64,000 nt of DNA. Origin: an uncultured bacterium. GTDB taxonomy: Bacteria > Pseudomonadota > Alphaproteobacteria > MED-G09. Shown here piece after piece: positions 10,211 to 20,339 of the stretch; within the stretch, counting starts at the first letter, position 1; every line of letters starts with the position of its first letter. The notes under the pieces were generated by a model. The model did no database searches. It was not told the DNA's origin and saw only the letters and a program-made list of their open reading frames with translations. The translations under genes and the position numbers were made by a program. The DNA is taken from the NCBI GenBank assembly GCA_964001285.1, contig CAXFAF010000002.1, forward strand, positions 11,613-75,612. The letters run 5' to 3'.

Positions 10211-11173
10211 TTAACAAATCTCAAGTATTATTTTGCCAATATTTTTATTATCAGACATTATTTCATGAGCCAAATCAACATCAGTTATATTCATAGATTT
10301 ATAAATTATTGGTTTAATTTTTTTTTCTTCAAAAAGCGGCCAGACATTTTTATACAATTGAGACATTACTTGGCCTTTAATTTCTATTGAACGAGCTCTA
10401 ATTGTAGATCCAATTATTTTCTGTCTTTTCATTAAAATATGACCAATATTTAATTTTGCATCTGTACCGCCAAGGATTCCTATAATTATCAATCTTCCGT
10501 CTATAGAAAGATTCTTAAGATTTTCATTAAAATAATTACCGCCAACTGGATCTAAGATTATATCTAAACCGTCGGGACAATATTTTTCAAAGGATGGAAA
10601 AGAGCTGTCTAATCTAACAAAACCTTCCTCACAACCCAAGTCTAAACAAAAATCAACTTTTTCTTTGTTGCCAGCTGTAACATAAGTAGTACAATCAAAT
10701 TCTCTGCAAAGTTGAATTCCAGCAGTTCCAATGCCGCTAGCTCCAGCATGAAATAAAACTTTTTCACCTTTTTTCAAATTACCTTCCATAAATAAATTAA
10801 GCCAACATGTAGCAAATACTTCTGGTATAGCTGCACATTCTGTGAGAGAGATATTTTTAGGAACTGGAAGGGCTTGGATTTCAGGGCAGCATACATATTC
10901 AGCATAACCACCACCAGCTAATAGAGCTGTTACTTCTTCGCCAATTTTTCTTTTTTTTACTTTTTTACCTATCTTTTCAATAACACCGCTACATTCTAGC
11001 CCAAGTATCTGACTTGCACCTGGCGGAGGGGGATAAAGACCTATCTTTTGAGCTAGGTCAGCTCTGTTAACTGCTGTTGCTTTAACTTTTATAAGAATTT
11101 CATGATCTTTACAATTAGGGATAGCGGTTTCTTCCCAAGACATTGTGCCATCATTTATTAAAATAGCTTTCAT
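10211..11173 (-). CDS. NAD(P)H:quinone oxidoreductase, PIG3-like MDR
   Basis: AVNRADLAQKIGLYPPPPGAS, GLECSG, HAGASGIGT, NIGKIIL. Confidence 0.9.
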   Translation of the reverse strand: MKAILINDGTMSWEETAIPNCKDHEILIKVKATAVNRADLAQKIGLYPPPPGASQILGLECSGVIEKIGKKVKKRKIGEEVTALLAGGGYAEYVCCPEIQALPVPKNISLTECAAIPEVFATCWLNLFMEGNLKKGEKVLFHAGASGIGTAGIQLCREFDCTTYVTAGNKEKVDFCLDLGCEEGFVRLDSSFPSFEKYCPDGLDIILDPVGGNYFNENLKNLSIDGRLIIIGILGGTDAKLNIGHILMKRQKIIGSTIRARSIEIKGQVMSQLYKNVWPLFEEKKIKPIIYKSMNITDVDLAHEIMSDNKNIGKIILEIC

Positions 11174-13116
11174 TAATTTTTGTTTTGTCGACTTTCAATT
11201 AACTCATCAACTACTGCTGGTTCTGCTAGCGTGGAGGTATCACCAAGATCTGAATAATCATTGGCAGCTATTTTTCTTAAAATCCTTCTCATTATTTTTC
11301 CAGATCTTGTTTTAGGTAAGTTTGGAGCAAATTGAATTAGGTCAGGACTCGCAATCGGACCTATTTCTTTTCTTACCCAAGCTACAAGACTCTTTCTTGT
11401 TTCATCATCCCCTTCTTCCCCCGAATTAAGCGTTACATAGGCATAAATACCTTGTCCTTTTATATCATGAGGATAACCAACTACAGCCGATTCAGAAACT
11501 TTTTCATGAGAGACAAGTGCGCTTTCTACTTCTGCTGTTCCCATTCTATGTCCAGAAACATTTATAACATCGTCGACTCTTCCTGTTATCCAGTAGTAAC
11601 CATCATCATCTCGTTTACATCCATCACCAGTGAAATAATAACCATTATATTGGCTAAAATAGGTTTCGATAAATCTTTTGTGGTCTCCATATACAGTTCT
11701 CATTTGTCCTGGCCAGCTGTCAGAGATACAAAGGTTTCCTTCATTCTTTCCTTTAAGTTCTTCACCTTCAGCATTAAGCAGAACCGGTTTTATTCCTGGT
11801 AAAGGCTTTGTTGCTGATCCCGGTTTAAGATCTGTAGCACCTGGAAGAGGGGATATTAAAGTTGCCCCTGTTTCCGTTTGCCACCATGTATCTACAATTG
11901 GACATTGACTCTCCCCAACAACATTATAATACCACATCCACGCTTCAGGATTTATAGGTTCACCAACTGTCCCTAGAAGTCTTAAGCTTGACCTTTTTGT
12001 TAATTTAACTGGTTCATCTCCTTCTTTCATAAGGGCTCTTATAGCTGTCGGAGCAGTATAAAAGATATTAACATTATGCTTGTCACAAACTTCCCAAAAT
12101 CTTGATGAAGTAGGATAGTTTGGGACTCCTTCAAACATTATAGTTGTTGCTCCATTAGATAATGGCCCATAGATTATATAAGAATGACCAGTAACCCAAC
12201 CTACATCAGCTGTGCACCAATAAATATCTCCATCGTGATAATCAAATATTATTTCATGAGTGTATGAAGAATAAACCATATATCCTCCAGTTGTATGAAG
12301 CACACCTTTTGGTTTACCTGTTGATCCGCTTGTATAAAGGATAAAAAGAGGGTCTTCAGCACTCATTTCTTCAGGGGGACAATTGTCATTTGTTGATTCT
12401 ATTGCTTCATGATACCAAACATCACGATCTTCTTTCATATTAATTTGTCCACCTGTTCTTTTAACTACAAAAACATTTTTAACTTTTGGACATTGTTCTA
12501 GGGCTTTATCTGAATTTTCTTTCAATGGAATTTTTTTTCCACCTCTAATTCCTTCGTCAGCAGTAATTAGGAAGTTTGATTCACAATCGAGAATTCTTCC
12601 AGCTAATGAATCAGGTGAAAATCCACCGAAAACAACTGAATGAACCGCTCCAATTCTTGAGCAAGCTAACATTGCATATGCCGCTTCGGGTATCATTGGC
12701 ATATAAATTGTTACTCTATCACCTTTTTGAACTCCATAATTTTTTAACATATTAGAGAATCTAGAGACTCTATGATGGAGTTCTTTATATGTTATTTTTA
12801 AAGAATCATTTGGATCATCGCCTTCCCATATAATAGCTATTTGATCTCCTTTATTTTCTAGATGTCTATCAATACAATTATAACTTGCATTAAGTGTTCC
12901 ATCGTAAAACCACTTAATATCAACATTTTTATTAGACCAAATGACATCTTTAATTTTAGTATAGGGTTTTATCCAATTAATTCTTTGGCCAATCTCTTTC
13001 CAGAATTCTTCAGGATTTTCTTCTGCAAACTTATAAGTTTCTTCATATGAATCTTTATTGATATGAGCTTTATCTTTAAAGTTTTTAAAAACAGGTATTT
13101 TTATTTCTTCGCTCAA
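11173..13116 (-). CDS. acs: Acetyl-CoA synthetase
   Basis: [43 protein letters not shown]; TTG start. Confidence 0.97.
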   Translation of the reverse strand: MSEEIKIPVFKNFKDKAHINKDSYEETYKFAEENPEEFWKEIGQRINWIKPYTKIKDVIWSNKNVDIKWFYDGTLNASYNCIDRHLENKGDQIAIIWEGDDPNDSLKITYKELHHRVSRFSNMLKNYGVQKGDRVTIYMPMIPEAAYAMLACSRIGAVHSVVFGGFSPDSLAGRILDCESNFLITADEGIRGGKKIPLKENSDKALEQCPKVKNVFVVKRTGGQINMKEDRDVWYHEAIESTNDNCPPEEMSAEDPLFILYTSGSTGKPKGVLHTTGGYMVYSSYTHEIIFDYHDGDIYWCTADVGWVTGHSYIIYGPLSNGATTIMFEGVPNYPTSSRFWEVCDKHNVNIFYTAPTAIRALMKEGDEPVKLTKRSSLRLLGTVGEPINPEAWMWYYNVVGESQCPIVDTWWQTETGATLISPLPGATDLKPGSATKPLPGIKPVLLNAEGEELKGKNEGNLCISDSWPGQMRTVYGDHKRFIETYFSQYNGYYFTGDGCKRDDDGYYWITGRVDDVINVSGHRMGTAEVESALVSHEKVSESAVVGYPHDIKGQGIYAYVTLNSGEEGDDETRKSLVAWVRKEIGPIASPDLIQFAPNLPKTRSGKIMRRILRKIAANDYSDLGDTSTLAEPAVVDELIESRQNKN

Positions 13117-13130
13117 ATTCGTCTCAATAT

Positions 13131-14021
13131 CTATAATTCATTTTTTAGTAATTTTATTACACCAGAAAAATCTAGATTATCGTGCCCATTTTTTTCCATG
13201 TCCTCATATATAGATGTTGCTTTTTGTCCTAGGGGAGTTTGTGAATTGGAAAAAGAAGATGCTTCTTGCGATAATCTTAAGTCCTTCAACATCAGTGCCG
13301 CTGAGAAACCTGGTTTATAATCGTTATTTGCAGGACTTGTTGGAACCGGACCTGGTACAGGGCAATAACTAGTCATTGACCAACATTGACCTGATGCAGT
13401 TGAAGCTATATCGAAAAAAGTGGAGGCGTCTAAACCTAAATTTTCAGCCAAATTAAATGCTTCAGATGTTCCTATCATTGATATAGCTAAGAGCATATTA
13501 TTTGCAATCTTAGCAACTTGACCATTTCCTGGCTGACCTGCATGAATTACATTTCCACCCATAATATCTAGAAATTCTTTAGCTTTTTTAAAAGCTTCAG
13601 CGTCTCCACCAACCATGAATGTTAATGTTCCTGCTTCAGCGCCAGTTACACCTCCGGACACAGGCGCATCAAGCATATTTAGATTTCTTTCATTAGCTTC
13701 TTTTTCAACTTCTCTAGAACTTTCGACATCTATTGTTGAGGAATCAATTAAAAGCAAGTTATCCGGGGCATTATTTATAATACCATCATCTCCAAGGTAA
13801 ATTCCTTTAACATGTTTACCTGATGGAAGCATACTGATAACAATTTCAGATTTTTGTAAGGCGCTTGGAATATTTTCCTCTTCTTGTCCACCAGCTTCAA
13901 GAAATTGTTTCATTTGACTTTCCACAAGATCAAAACCAAAGACATTATGATTTGCTTTAAGTAGGTTTTTAGCCATAGGAAGGCCCATATTACCTAAACC
14001 GATAAATGTTATTTCTGCCAT
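13131..14021 (-). CDS. mmsB: 3-hydroxyisobutyrate dehydrogenase
   Basis: [47 protein letters not shown]. Confidence 0.95.
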   Translation of the reverse strand: MAEITFIGLGNMGLPMAKNLLKANHNVFGFDLVESQMKQFLEAGGQEEENIPSALQKSEIVISMLPSGKHVKGIYLGDDGIINNAPDNLLLIDSSTIDVESSREVEKEANERNLNMLDAPVSGGVTGAEAGTLTFMVGGDAEAFKKAKEFLDIMGGNVIHAGQPGNGQVAKIANNMLLAISMIGTSEAFNLAENLGLDASTFFDIASTASGQCWSMTSYCPVPGPVPTSPANNDYKPGFSAALMLKDLRLSQEASSFSNSQTPLGQKATSIYEDMEKNGHDNLDFSGVIKLLKNEL

Positions 14022-14023
14022 AA

Positions 14024-15067
14024 TTACCCCTTATTAAAATTTAATTCTTTATCACCTAAATTATCGAAAAATTTTTCAACATCCTTATCTTTTATTTTGC
14101 TTATAGTGTTAGGCTTCCATTTTGGTTCGTTATCTTTTTCAATAATAAGCGCTCTTACACCTTCATAAAAATCGTGATCAGACATTACTCTTTCAACCAT
14201 ACGATATTCCATTCTCATACATTCCTCAAAGTCATTTTTTGCACCATCAGTTATTTGTTTGAATACGATTTTTAAGGATGTTGGTGATTTAGAATTGATG
14301 GTTTTAAAAAGTTTCTGAGCGAATTCAGATTCATCGTTTTCTAGTTTTTGAAAAATTTCTTCAAGATTATTACCTGAAAATAAATTTTCAATAATTAGTG
14401 AGTTAGTTTTAAAATTTGAGTCACCTGGACCTGTATTGTATTTTTCTAAAATATCTTCTGGTAGGAGCCCTTCTGATAATTTTATTATTAGTTCTTCGTA
14501 ATTTTTAGATTCTATATAGTATTCTGCAATTCCTAAATAAATTGCATCGGACGCGTTTAGTCTACTTCCTGTTAAAGCTAAATACATACCGGCATTTTTT
14601 TCTAATCTAGACAAAAAATAACTACCTCCAACATCTGGAAAGAGACCAATGCCAGTTTCTGGCATAGCAAAAGAATAATTTTCACCTGCAACTCTATGTG
14701 ATCCATGAACTGAAAGCCCAACACCACCGCCCATTACTATTCCATTAACAAATGAAATATAGGGTTTTGGGTATGATTTTATTAATTGATTAAGTTGATA
14801 TTCTTCATAATAAAAACCTGTAGCTCTATCATCCCCGCTTTTCCCCCATTCATATAATGCCCTGATATCGCCACCAGCACAAAAAGCTTTATCTCCAACA
14901 GCTGTGACAGCAATTGAAGTAATGTTTTGATCTTTTTTCCAGGCTTGTAATTGAGGGTAGATTTCCCTAACCATTCTTAGTGTTAAGGCATTTAAAGCTT
15001 CTGGTCTGTTCAGAGTTATAAGACCGAGAGAACCTCTTTTTTCAAGAAAGACCTCTTCACTACTCAT
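14024..15067 (-). CDS. 3-hydroxyisobutyryl-CoA hydrolase (crotonase family)
   Basis: LNRPEALNAL, FCAGGD, MGGGVG, AMPETGIGLFPDVG, DFYEGVRA; adjacent to mmsB. Confidence 0.9.
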   Translation of the reverse strand: MSSEEVFLEKRGSLGLITLNRPEALNALTLRMVREIYPQLQAWKKDQNITSIAVTAVGDKAFCAGGDIRALYEWGKSGDDRATGFYYEEYQLNQLIKSYPKPYISFVNGIVMGGGVGLSVHGSHRVAGENYSFAMPETGIGLFPDVGGSYFLSRLEKNAGMYLALTGSRLNASDAIYLGIAEYYIESKNYEELIIKLSEGLLPEDILEKYNTGPGDSNFKTNSLIIENLFSGNNLEEIFQKLENDESEFAQKLFKTINSKSPTSLKIVFKQITDGAKNDFEECMRMEYRMVERVMSDHDFYEGVRALIIEKDNEPKWKPNTISKIKDKDVEKFFDNLGDKELNFNKG

Positions 15068-16194
15068 TTATTTTCCTTAAGGATCTCTCGAGCTATTATT
15101 ACTCTCATGATTTCATTTGTCCCCTCTAATATTTGATGAACTCTTAAGTCTCTTAGGTTTCTTTCAAGAGGGTAATCCTTTAAATATCCATAACCGCCAT
15201 GAATTTGAAGGGCTTCATTTACAATATTAAAACTTGCATCAGTTACAAATCTTTTTGCCATCGCAGCAGCTTTTGTTTTGTCATGAGTATTTTCATCTAC
15301 TTTTCTAGCTGCATCTCTTAGTATTAATCTTGATGCCTCTAGGTCTGTAGCCATATCTGCTAATTTAAATTGAAGGGCTTGAAATTCTTGTATTTTTTTT
15401 CCAAATTGTTCTCTTTCACCAACATATTGGATAGCTCTATCATAAGCTGATTGCGCAGTTCCGAGAGAGCATGCTGCAATATTTAATCTACCACCATCCA
15501 AACCCATCATCGCAATCTTAAAACCATCACCTTCATTACCAATAAGATTTTCGACTGGAACTTTACAGTCTTCAAAAATCACCTGAGAGGTTGGTTGAGA
15601 ATTCCATCCCATTTTCTTTTCTTGGCTGCCAAAAGATAAGCCTTCTGCATCTTTTTCAATTACAAGTGTTGATATTGAATTTTCATCTGTTTTCACCATT
15701 GTTACATAAATATCCGAAAATCCTCCACCAGATATGAAGGATTTTGTCCCATTAATAATGTAATAATCGCCTGACTTCTCAGCTTTGGTTCTTAAACCCC
15801 CTGCATCAGATCCCGCGCCTGGTTCAGTAAGGCAATAGGAGCTAATTTTATTTAGAGAACATAAATCAGGAACAAAACGCTCTTTAACATTTTGATTGCC
15901 AAAATTATCAATCATCCATGTAGCCATATTATGAATTGATAAAAAGGCTGCCGTTGAAGTACAACCTTGACTTAAACCTTCAAAAATTAATGTTGAATCA
16001 AGCCTGGTCAATCCTGAGCCACCCATATCCGGAGTAACATAAATTCCTGCAAAGCCTAATTGAGCTAACTCTTTGAGCGTTTCAACTGGTAGGATTTTTT
16101 CTTCATCCCATTTTTCTGCATTGGGAGCCATTTTTTCTATAGCAAAATTTTTTGCTACATCATAAAAAGCTGTTTGTTCTTCAGATAGTTCCAT
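15064..16194 (-). CDS. Isobutyryl-CoA dehydrogenase (ACAD8-like)
   Basis: SYCLTEPGAGSDA, KMGWNSQPT, GLDGGRLNIAACS, RVHQILEGTNEIMR; valine operon context. Confidence 0.9.
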   Translation of the reverse strand: MELSEEQTAFYDVAKNFAIEKMAPNAEKWDEEKILPVETLKELAQLGFAGIYVTPDMGGSGLTRLDSTLIFEGLSQGCTSTAAFLSIHNMATWMIDNFGNQNVKERFVPDLCSLNKISSYCLTEPGAGSDAGGLRTKAEKSGDYYIINGTKSFISGGGFSDIYVTMVKTDENSISTLVIEKDAEGLSFGSQEKKMGWNSQPTSQVIFEDCKVPVENLIGNEGDGFKIAMMGLDGGRLNIAACSLGTAQSAYDRAIQYVGEREQFGKKIQEFQALQFKLADMATDLEASRLILRDAARKVDENTHDKTKAAAMAKRFVTDASFNIVNEALQIHGGYGYLKDYPLERNLRDLRVHQILEGTNEIMRVIIAREILKENK

Positions 16195-16227
16195 AAATTT
16201 TCTTCATTTGAAAAAGATTTAATTAGT

Positions 16228-17643
16228 TTATTTATTCATTACTTCACCAAAGAGTTCTTCGTCCGATATTAACTCTTTGGTTTTGTCTAATGGTTTTGAA
16301 ACCCATGTTTCATTAATTAAATCTCTCCAAGAAATATTATTATTAGTACCATTGCCTCCCCAAGACCCGCACCCTAAAGAGAATGTTTGTCTCATGCCGT
16401 TCCATAGATTTCCACTATTAGATGCTGCTTGTGGTTGATTTACCATTACTCGAGAAGTTTTAGTTATGTTGGCTAATTTCATAATATTATCATCGCTATT
16501 TGAATATATACCGCATGAGTGACCTTGTCCTTGGTAGGACTGGATATTATTTGTTAACTCGATAGCATGGTCAATGTTTTTTGCCTTATAAAGAGCCATA
16601 ACCACTGAAAGTTTTTCACCTGAGAATAAGTGATCAGGTCCCCAACCATCCTCTGGAACAATATAAAATTCGGTGTTTTCTGGGATGTTCATTTCAGCCA
16701 TTTCAGCAATTTTGCCAGCTGGTTGAGCAACAATTGCTGTATTTAAATGTCCTTCTTCATCCCACAATGTTTTAAGAAGCTTATCTTTTTCTTCTTCATT
16801 AACAAGATAACCCCCTCTTTCTTTTAGCTTATTAAGCATATTTTCATAAATTTCATCAACCAATATAACTGAATTATCTGCTGAACAAGATGCCGCTAAA
16901 TCTAATGTCTTAGAAATTTTTATTTTATCTGCCGCATCATCTAAGTCTGCGGTTTCATCAACAGTTATAACTGCGTTACCTACCCCAACACCTAATGCTG
17001 GTGTACCACTAGAATAAGCAGCATTAACCATAGCACCTCCGCCTGTAGCGAGAACTCTATCGCATTGGGCCATTAGTTCGTTAGTTGTTTCTAATGATGG
17101 AGTTTCAATGCCAATAACAAGATCAGCTGGAGCACCACATTTTACAATCGCTTCTCTCATAAGATCACAAATTTTCTTATTTGTTAGCTTTGCTCTAGGA
17201 TGAGGGGCAACTATTATTGAGTTTCTACCTTTTACGGCATGAATGCCTTTTATTACCGGTGTAGCTTCAGGATTTGTTGATGGAGCTAAAGCGCCTATAA
17301 CACCCATTGGTTTTGCTATTTTGACAATTTCTCTTTCTTTATCTTCTTCTAAAATTCCAACAGATTTATCATTAATAATATCCATTAATGTTGCTCTAGT
17401 TTTTCTTTGAATTTTTAGAAACTTTCCTTCATAATTTCCTAGTTGTGTTTCATCAACAGTAAATTGAGCTATTTCTTCAGCAATTCCAGGTTTGGCAACT
17501 GACCATACCATTGCACGAATAAGTTCATCTACTTGTTCTTGAGTATAATTTTCAATTTGCTTTTGTGCAGCTCTTGATCTTTCAACTAATTCCTGTATTT
17601 CTTCTTTAGGAGAAAGCTCTGTTTCACTAACTTGTTTATCCAT
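16228..17643 (-). CDS. CoA-acylating aldehyde dehydrogenase, SauS (sulfoacetaldehyde dehydrogenase)/SucD-like
   Basis: PSTNPEATP, ATGGGAMVNAAYSSGTPALGVGVGN, catalytic SCSADN, FSGEKLS, GHSCGI, SLGCGSWGGN; start moved to ATG 17643 with SD GGAG. Confidence 0.85.
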   Translation of the reverse strand: MDKQVSETELSPKEEIQELVERSRAAQKQIENYTQEQVDELIRAMVWSVAKPGIAEEIAQFTVDETQLGNYEGKFLKIQRKTRATLMDIINDKSVGILEEDKEREIVKIAKPMGVIGALAPSTNPEATPVIKGIHAVKGRNSIIVAPHPRAKLTNKKICDLMREAIVKCGAPADLVIGIETPSLETTNELMAQCDRVLATGGGAMVNAAYSSGTPALGVGVGNAVITVDETADLDDAADKIKISKTLDLAASCSADNSVILVDEIYENMLNKLKERGGYLVNEEEKDKLLKTLWDEEGHLNTAIVAQPAGKIAEMAEMNIPENTEFYIVPEDGWGPDHLFSGEKLSVVMALYKAKNIDHAIELTNNIQSYQGQGHSCGIYSNSDDNIMKLANITKTSRVMVNQPQAASNSGNLWNGMRQTFSLGCGSWGGNGTNNNISWRDLINETWVSKPLDKTKELISDEELFGEVMNK

Positions 17644-17736
17644 TAAAAATCTCCTTAAATTTAAGTATTTCAATAGAATGTTGAATATTACACAACATTA
17701 TATTTTTAGTCCATTATTGTTTAAATCTACCTATAT

Positions 17737-18738
17737 TTAGTCAGATATTCTTAAAAGTTGCTTACCTTGATTTTTTCCGTCAAAAAGTCGCTTTAATGTA
17801 TTGGGAATATTTTCAAAACCTTCTTGAATATCCTCTTTGCATTTTATTTTGCCGTCGCTTATCCATTCTTTTAGCTTCTTTCTCGCTGTATCGGCCTCTG
17901 ACATGAAATCAATAACAATAAATCCTTCCATGCTTGCTCTTTTAAAGATTAGATTAGCATAATTTTCTGGTCCAAAATTAGCATTATCTGTTTTATGACG
18001 AGATATTATTCCACATATCGCGATTCTTGCATTCATTGCTATGTGAGCTAAGCAGTCATTAAGAATTCTTCCACCAACATTATCATAAAGAACATTTATT
18101 CCTTCCGGGCAAAGCTCTTTTAAAGATTTATTTATATCTTCAGATTTATAATCAATTGCTGCATCAAACCCAAATTCATCTAGTAAAATTTTGCACTTTT
18201 CTTTACCCCCTGCAATTCCAATAACTTTGCATCCTGATATTTTAAATATTTGACCAGCTATTGAGCCTACACCTCCAGCAGCACCTGTGATAACTACTGT
18301 GTCTCCCGGCTTGGGTTTACTTATTTTGGTTACTCCAAAATAAGCTGTTAGTCCTGTCCCTCCTAAAGCTCCAAGATGTAGTGTTGCCGCACTTGGATCT
18401 TCTATTATTTCTAATTCAGAATCACTTAAAATTGGATGGGATTGCCAACAGGTTTGACCAGTTACAATATCACCGCTTTTGAAATTATTAGATTTACTTT
18501 CTAATACTCGAGCGATTCCATTGCATCGCATAACATCTCCAATTTCCAAAGGTGCAACATAATTGGAAATTTGTTCCATCCAACCCTTTTGTGCGGGTTG
18601 AAACTCGATAACTAGATTTTCTAAAAGAACTTCTCCTTCTTCAATCCCTCTCAATTCTTCTTCTTGATATTCAAAATCACCATCTTCAATTGGACGACCT
18701 ATTGGTCTTCCAGCTAGTAGAAATTTTTTGTTTATCAT
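17737..18738 (-). CDS. NADP-dependent ene-reductase, MDR PTGR/CurA family (second paralogue)
   Basis: FQPAQKGW, GLTAYFG, GAAGGVGS, YDNVGG, GKNQGKQLL. Confidence 0.88.
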   Translation of the reverse strand: MINKKFLLAGRPIGRPIEDGDFEYQEEELRGIEEGEVLLENLVIEFQPAQKGWMEQISNYVAPLEIGDVMRCNGIARVLESKSNNFKSGDIVTGQTCWQSHPILSDSELEIIEDPSAATLHLGALGGTGLTAYFGVTKISKPKPGDTVVITGAAGGVGSIAGQIFKISGCKVIGIAGGKEKCKILLDEFGFDAAIDYKSEDINKSLKELCPEGINVLYDNVGGRILNDCLAHIAMNARIAICGIISRHKTDNANFGPENYANLIFKRASMEGFIVIDFMSEADTARKKLKEWISDGKIKCKEDIQEGFENIPNTLKRLFDGKNQGKQLLRISD

Positions 18739-18756
18739 TGTAAAGCCTATCAGGTG

Positions 18757-19902
18757 TTAATTAGTAATGATGGTACAGGCTGATATTCCAGGTGCACCAT
18801 ATACATGCGTGTAAGCTGTTTTAGGATTATTTGGTACCTGTCTTTTTCCTGCAGCACCTCTTAATTGGACACAATTTTCGTAAACCTGTCTTAAACCTGA
18901 AGCTCCAACAGGTTCTCCATTAGCGATACAACCACCATCTGTATTAATTGGAAGCTTACCATCAATTTTAGTCTCACCATCTTGAAGCATTTTTTCTTGA
19001 TCACCATCTTTACAAAAACCATTTTCAGCCATGTGCATGATTTCTGCTCCAGACTCAGTATCTTGTAACTGAGCTATATCAATATCTTTGTGCTCTATTC
19101 CAGCCATTTCAAATGTGGCTTTAGCGGCTCCAACAGTTGGGCTTGGTCCTCTTTCAATTTCAAGAGAAGGGCTAAATACTTCAAAAGATCCTAGTGGCCT
19201 TGATCTAAAGGCTGCACCTTTTAGGAAAAGTGGATTACTCGTATATTTACTAGCCAAATCTGCTCTACAAAGAATTAAGGAGACAGCACCTTCGGCTGGA
19301 GAGCAAAACATAAATTTTGTCAAAGGATCTGAAACCATCATACCATTAAGAATATCTTCCTTAGATACTGGATCTCTTCTCCATGCGTTTGGATTTAATG
19401 ATCCATTATTAAAGGCTTTTTCAGCGACAAGAGCAAGAGAATCTGAGCTTATCCCATAGTCATGCATGTATCTTTGTATTTTCATTCCAAAAAATTGTGT
19501 TGTTAACATTAAGCCTGTTTCGCCGTACCATCTCTGTAAACCTGAAGCTTCAGGATCTGCATTAAAAGCACCTCTTGGATGTTTATCAAAACCAACTGCC
19601 ATACCAATATCAAATTGTCCTGATTTAATTGTTGTGTAGGCAGATAAAAGTGCTGAACCACCTGTTGCACAGCCATTCGAAACATTCATAAAAGGTATCC
19701 CAGTTAATCCTAATTCACTTACCATCGTATCAGCACTACCAGCAGCTGCTGAACCACCATAGGCAAACTCTATATCTTTCCATTCTAATTCAGCATCTGA
19801 AAGAGCTTCCTTAGCGGCATGTACTCCTTGTTGAAGTCCGGAGACACCTTCAGTTCTTCCAAAAGGATGTATACCTATTCCAATAATTGCTACATCAGCC
19901 AT
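18757..19902 (-). CDS. SCP2/lipid-transfer-type thiolase-fold protein (atypical active site)
   Basis: IGIGIHPFGR, NVSNGCATG, NPNAWRR, INTDGGCIANGEPVGASG; paired with a DUF35 gene. Confidence 0.85.
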   Translation of the reverse strand: MADVAIIGIGIHPFGRTEGVSGLQQGVHAAKEALSDAELEWKDIEFAYGGSAAAGSADTMVSELGLTGIPFMNVSNGCATGGSALLSAYTTIKSGQFDIGMAVGFDKHPRGAFNADPEASGLQRWYGETGLMLTTQFFGMKIQRYMHDYGISSDSLALVAEKAFNNGSLNPNAWRRDPVSKEDILNGMMVSDPLTKFMFCSPAEGAVSLILCRADLASKYTSNPLFLKGAAFRSRPLGSFEVFSPSLEIERGPSPTVGAAKATFEMAGIEHKDIDIAQLQDTESGAEIMHMAENGFCKDGDQEKMLQDGETKIDGKLPINTDGGCIANGEPVGASGLRQVYENCVQLRGAAGKRQVPNNPKTAYTHVYGAPGISACTIITN

Positions 19903-19911
19903 AATTCTCTC

Positions 19912-20325
19912 CTATGAATTTTCAGAAGGTTTAAATGCAAATATTAGCAATTCTTCGCCTTCCTCATTTTTTACGAATGGTTCTATAGTAAGCTCCATTT
20001 CCATACCAATTTCTAAATTTTCAGGTTCAATTCCAACCAATCTTGACTCTACCATAATTTCACCTGGAAGTTCAATATATCCTACTGCATAAGGCTTAAA
20101 GTCTTCGGGCGCAACTTGACCTATAAATGGAGTTTTTGGAAGAAAGCGTTGCACAGTCCAGGTCCAAAGCTTACCTTTTCTTGATAATTCTACTCTTTCA
20201 TGTGTATTAGAATTCTTTGCAGGGAAATAATATCGTCCTGTTTCAGTATCTTTGCTCCCAATTAATTTTGGAGAATCTGATGGCCAAGTAAAAAGATTAT
20301 CTGCTATCGGTTTTTGCGTAGACAT
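19912..20325 (-). CDS. DUF35/OB-fold acyl-CoA-binding partner of thiolase (no cysteines)
   Basis: LSRKGKLWTWTVQ...PYAVGYIEL...IGMEMEL OB-fold pattern; start moved to ATG 20325 with SD GGAGG. Confidence 0.85.
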   Translation of the reverse strand: MSTQKPIADNLFTWPSDSPKLIGSKDTETGRYYFPAKNSNTHERVELSRKGKLWTWTVQRFLPKTPFIGQVAPEDFKPYAVGYIELPGEIMVESRLVGIEPENLEIGMEMELTIEPFVKNEEGEELLIFAFKPSENS

Positions 20326-20339
20326 TTTTCCTCCAAATT

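Noticed and set aside
42-17643. Taurine/sulfoacetate pathway built from the DASS transporter, class III aminotransferase and SauS-like ALDH
   Set aside because: The genes are unlinked, there is no xsc, sauT, tauABC or tauE, and the aminotransferase resembles general omega-transaminases; not excluded but unsupported here
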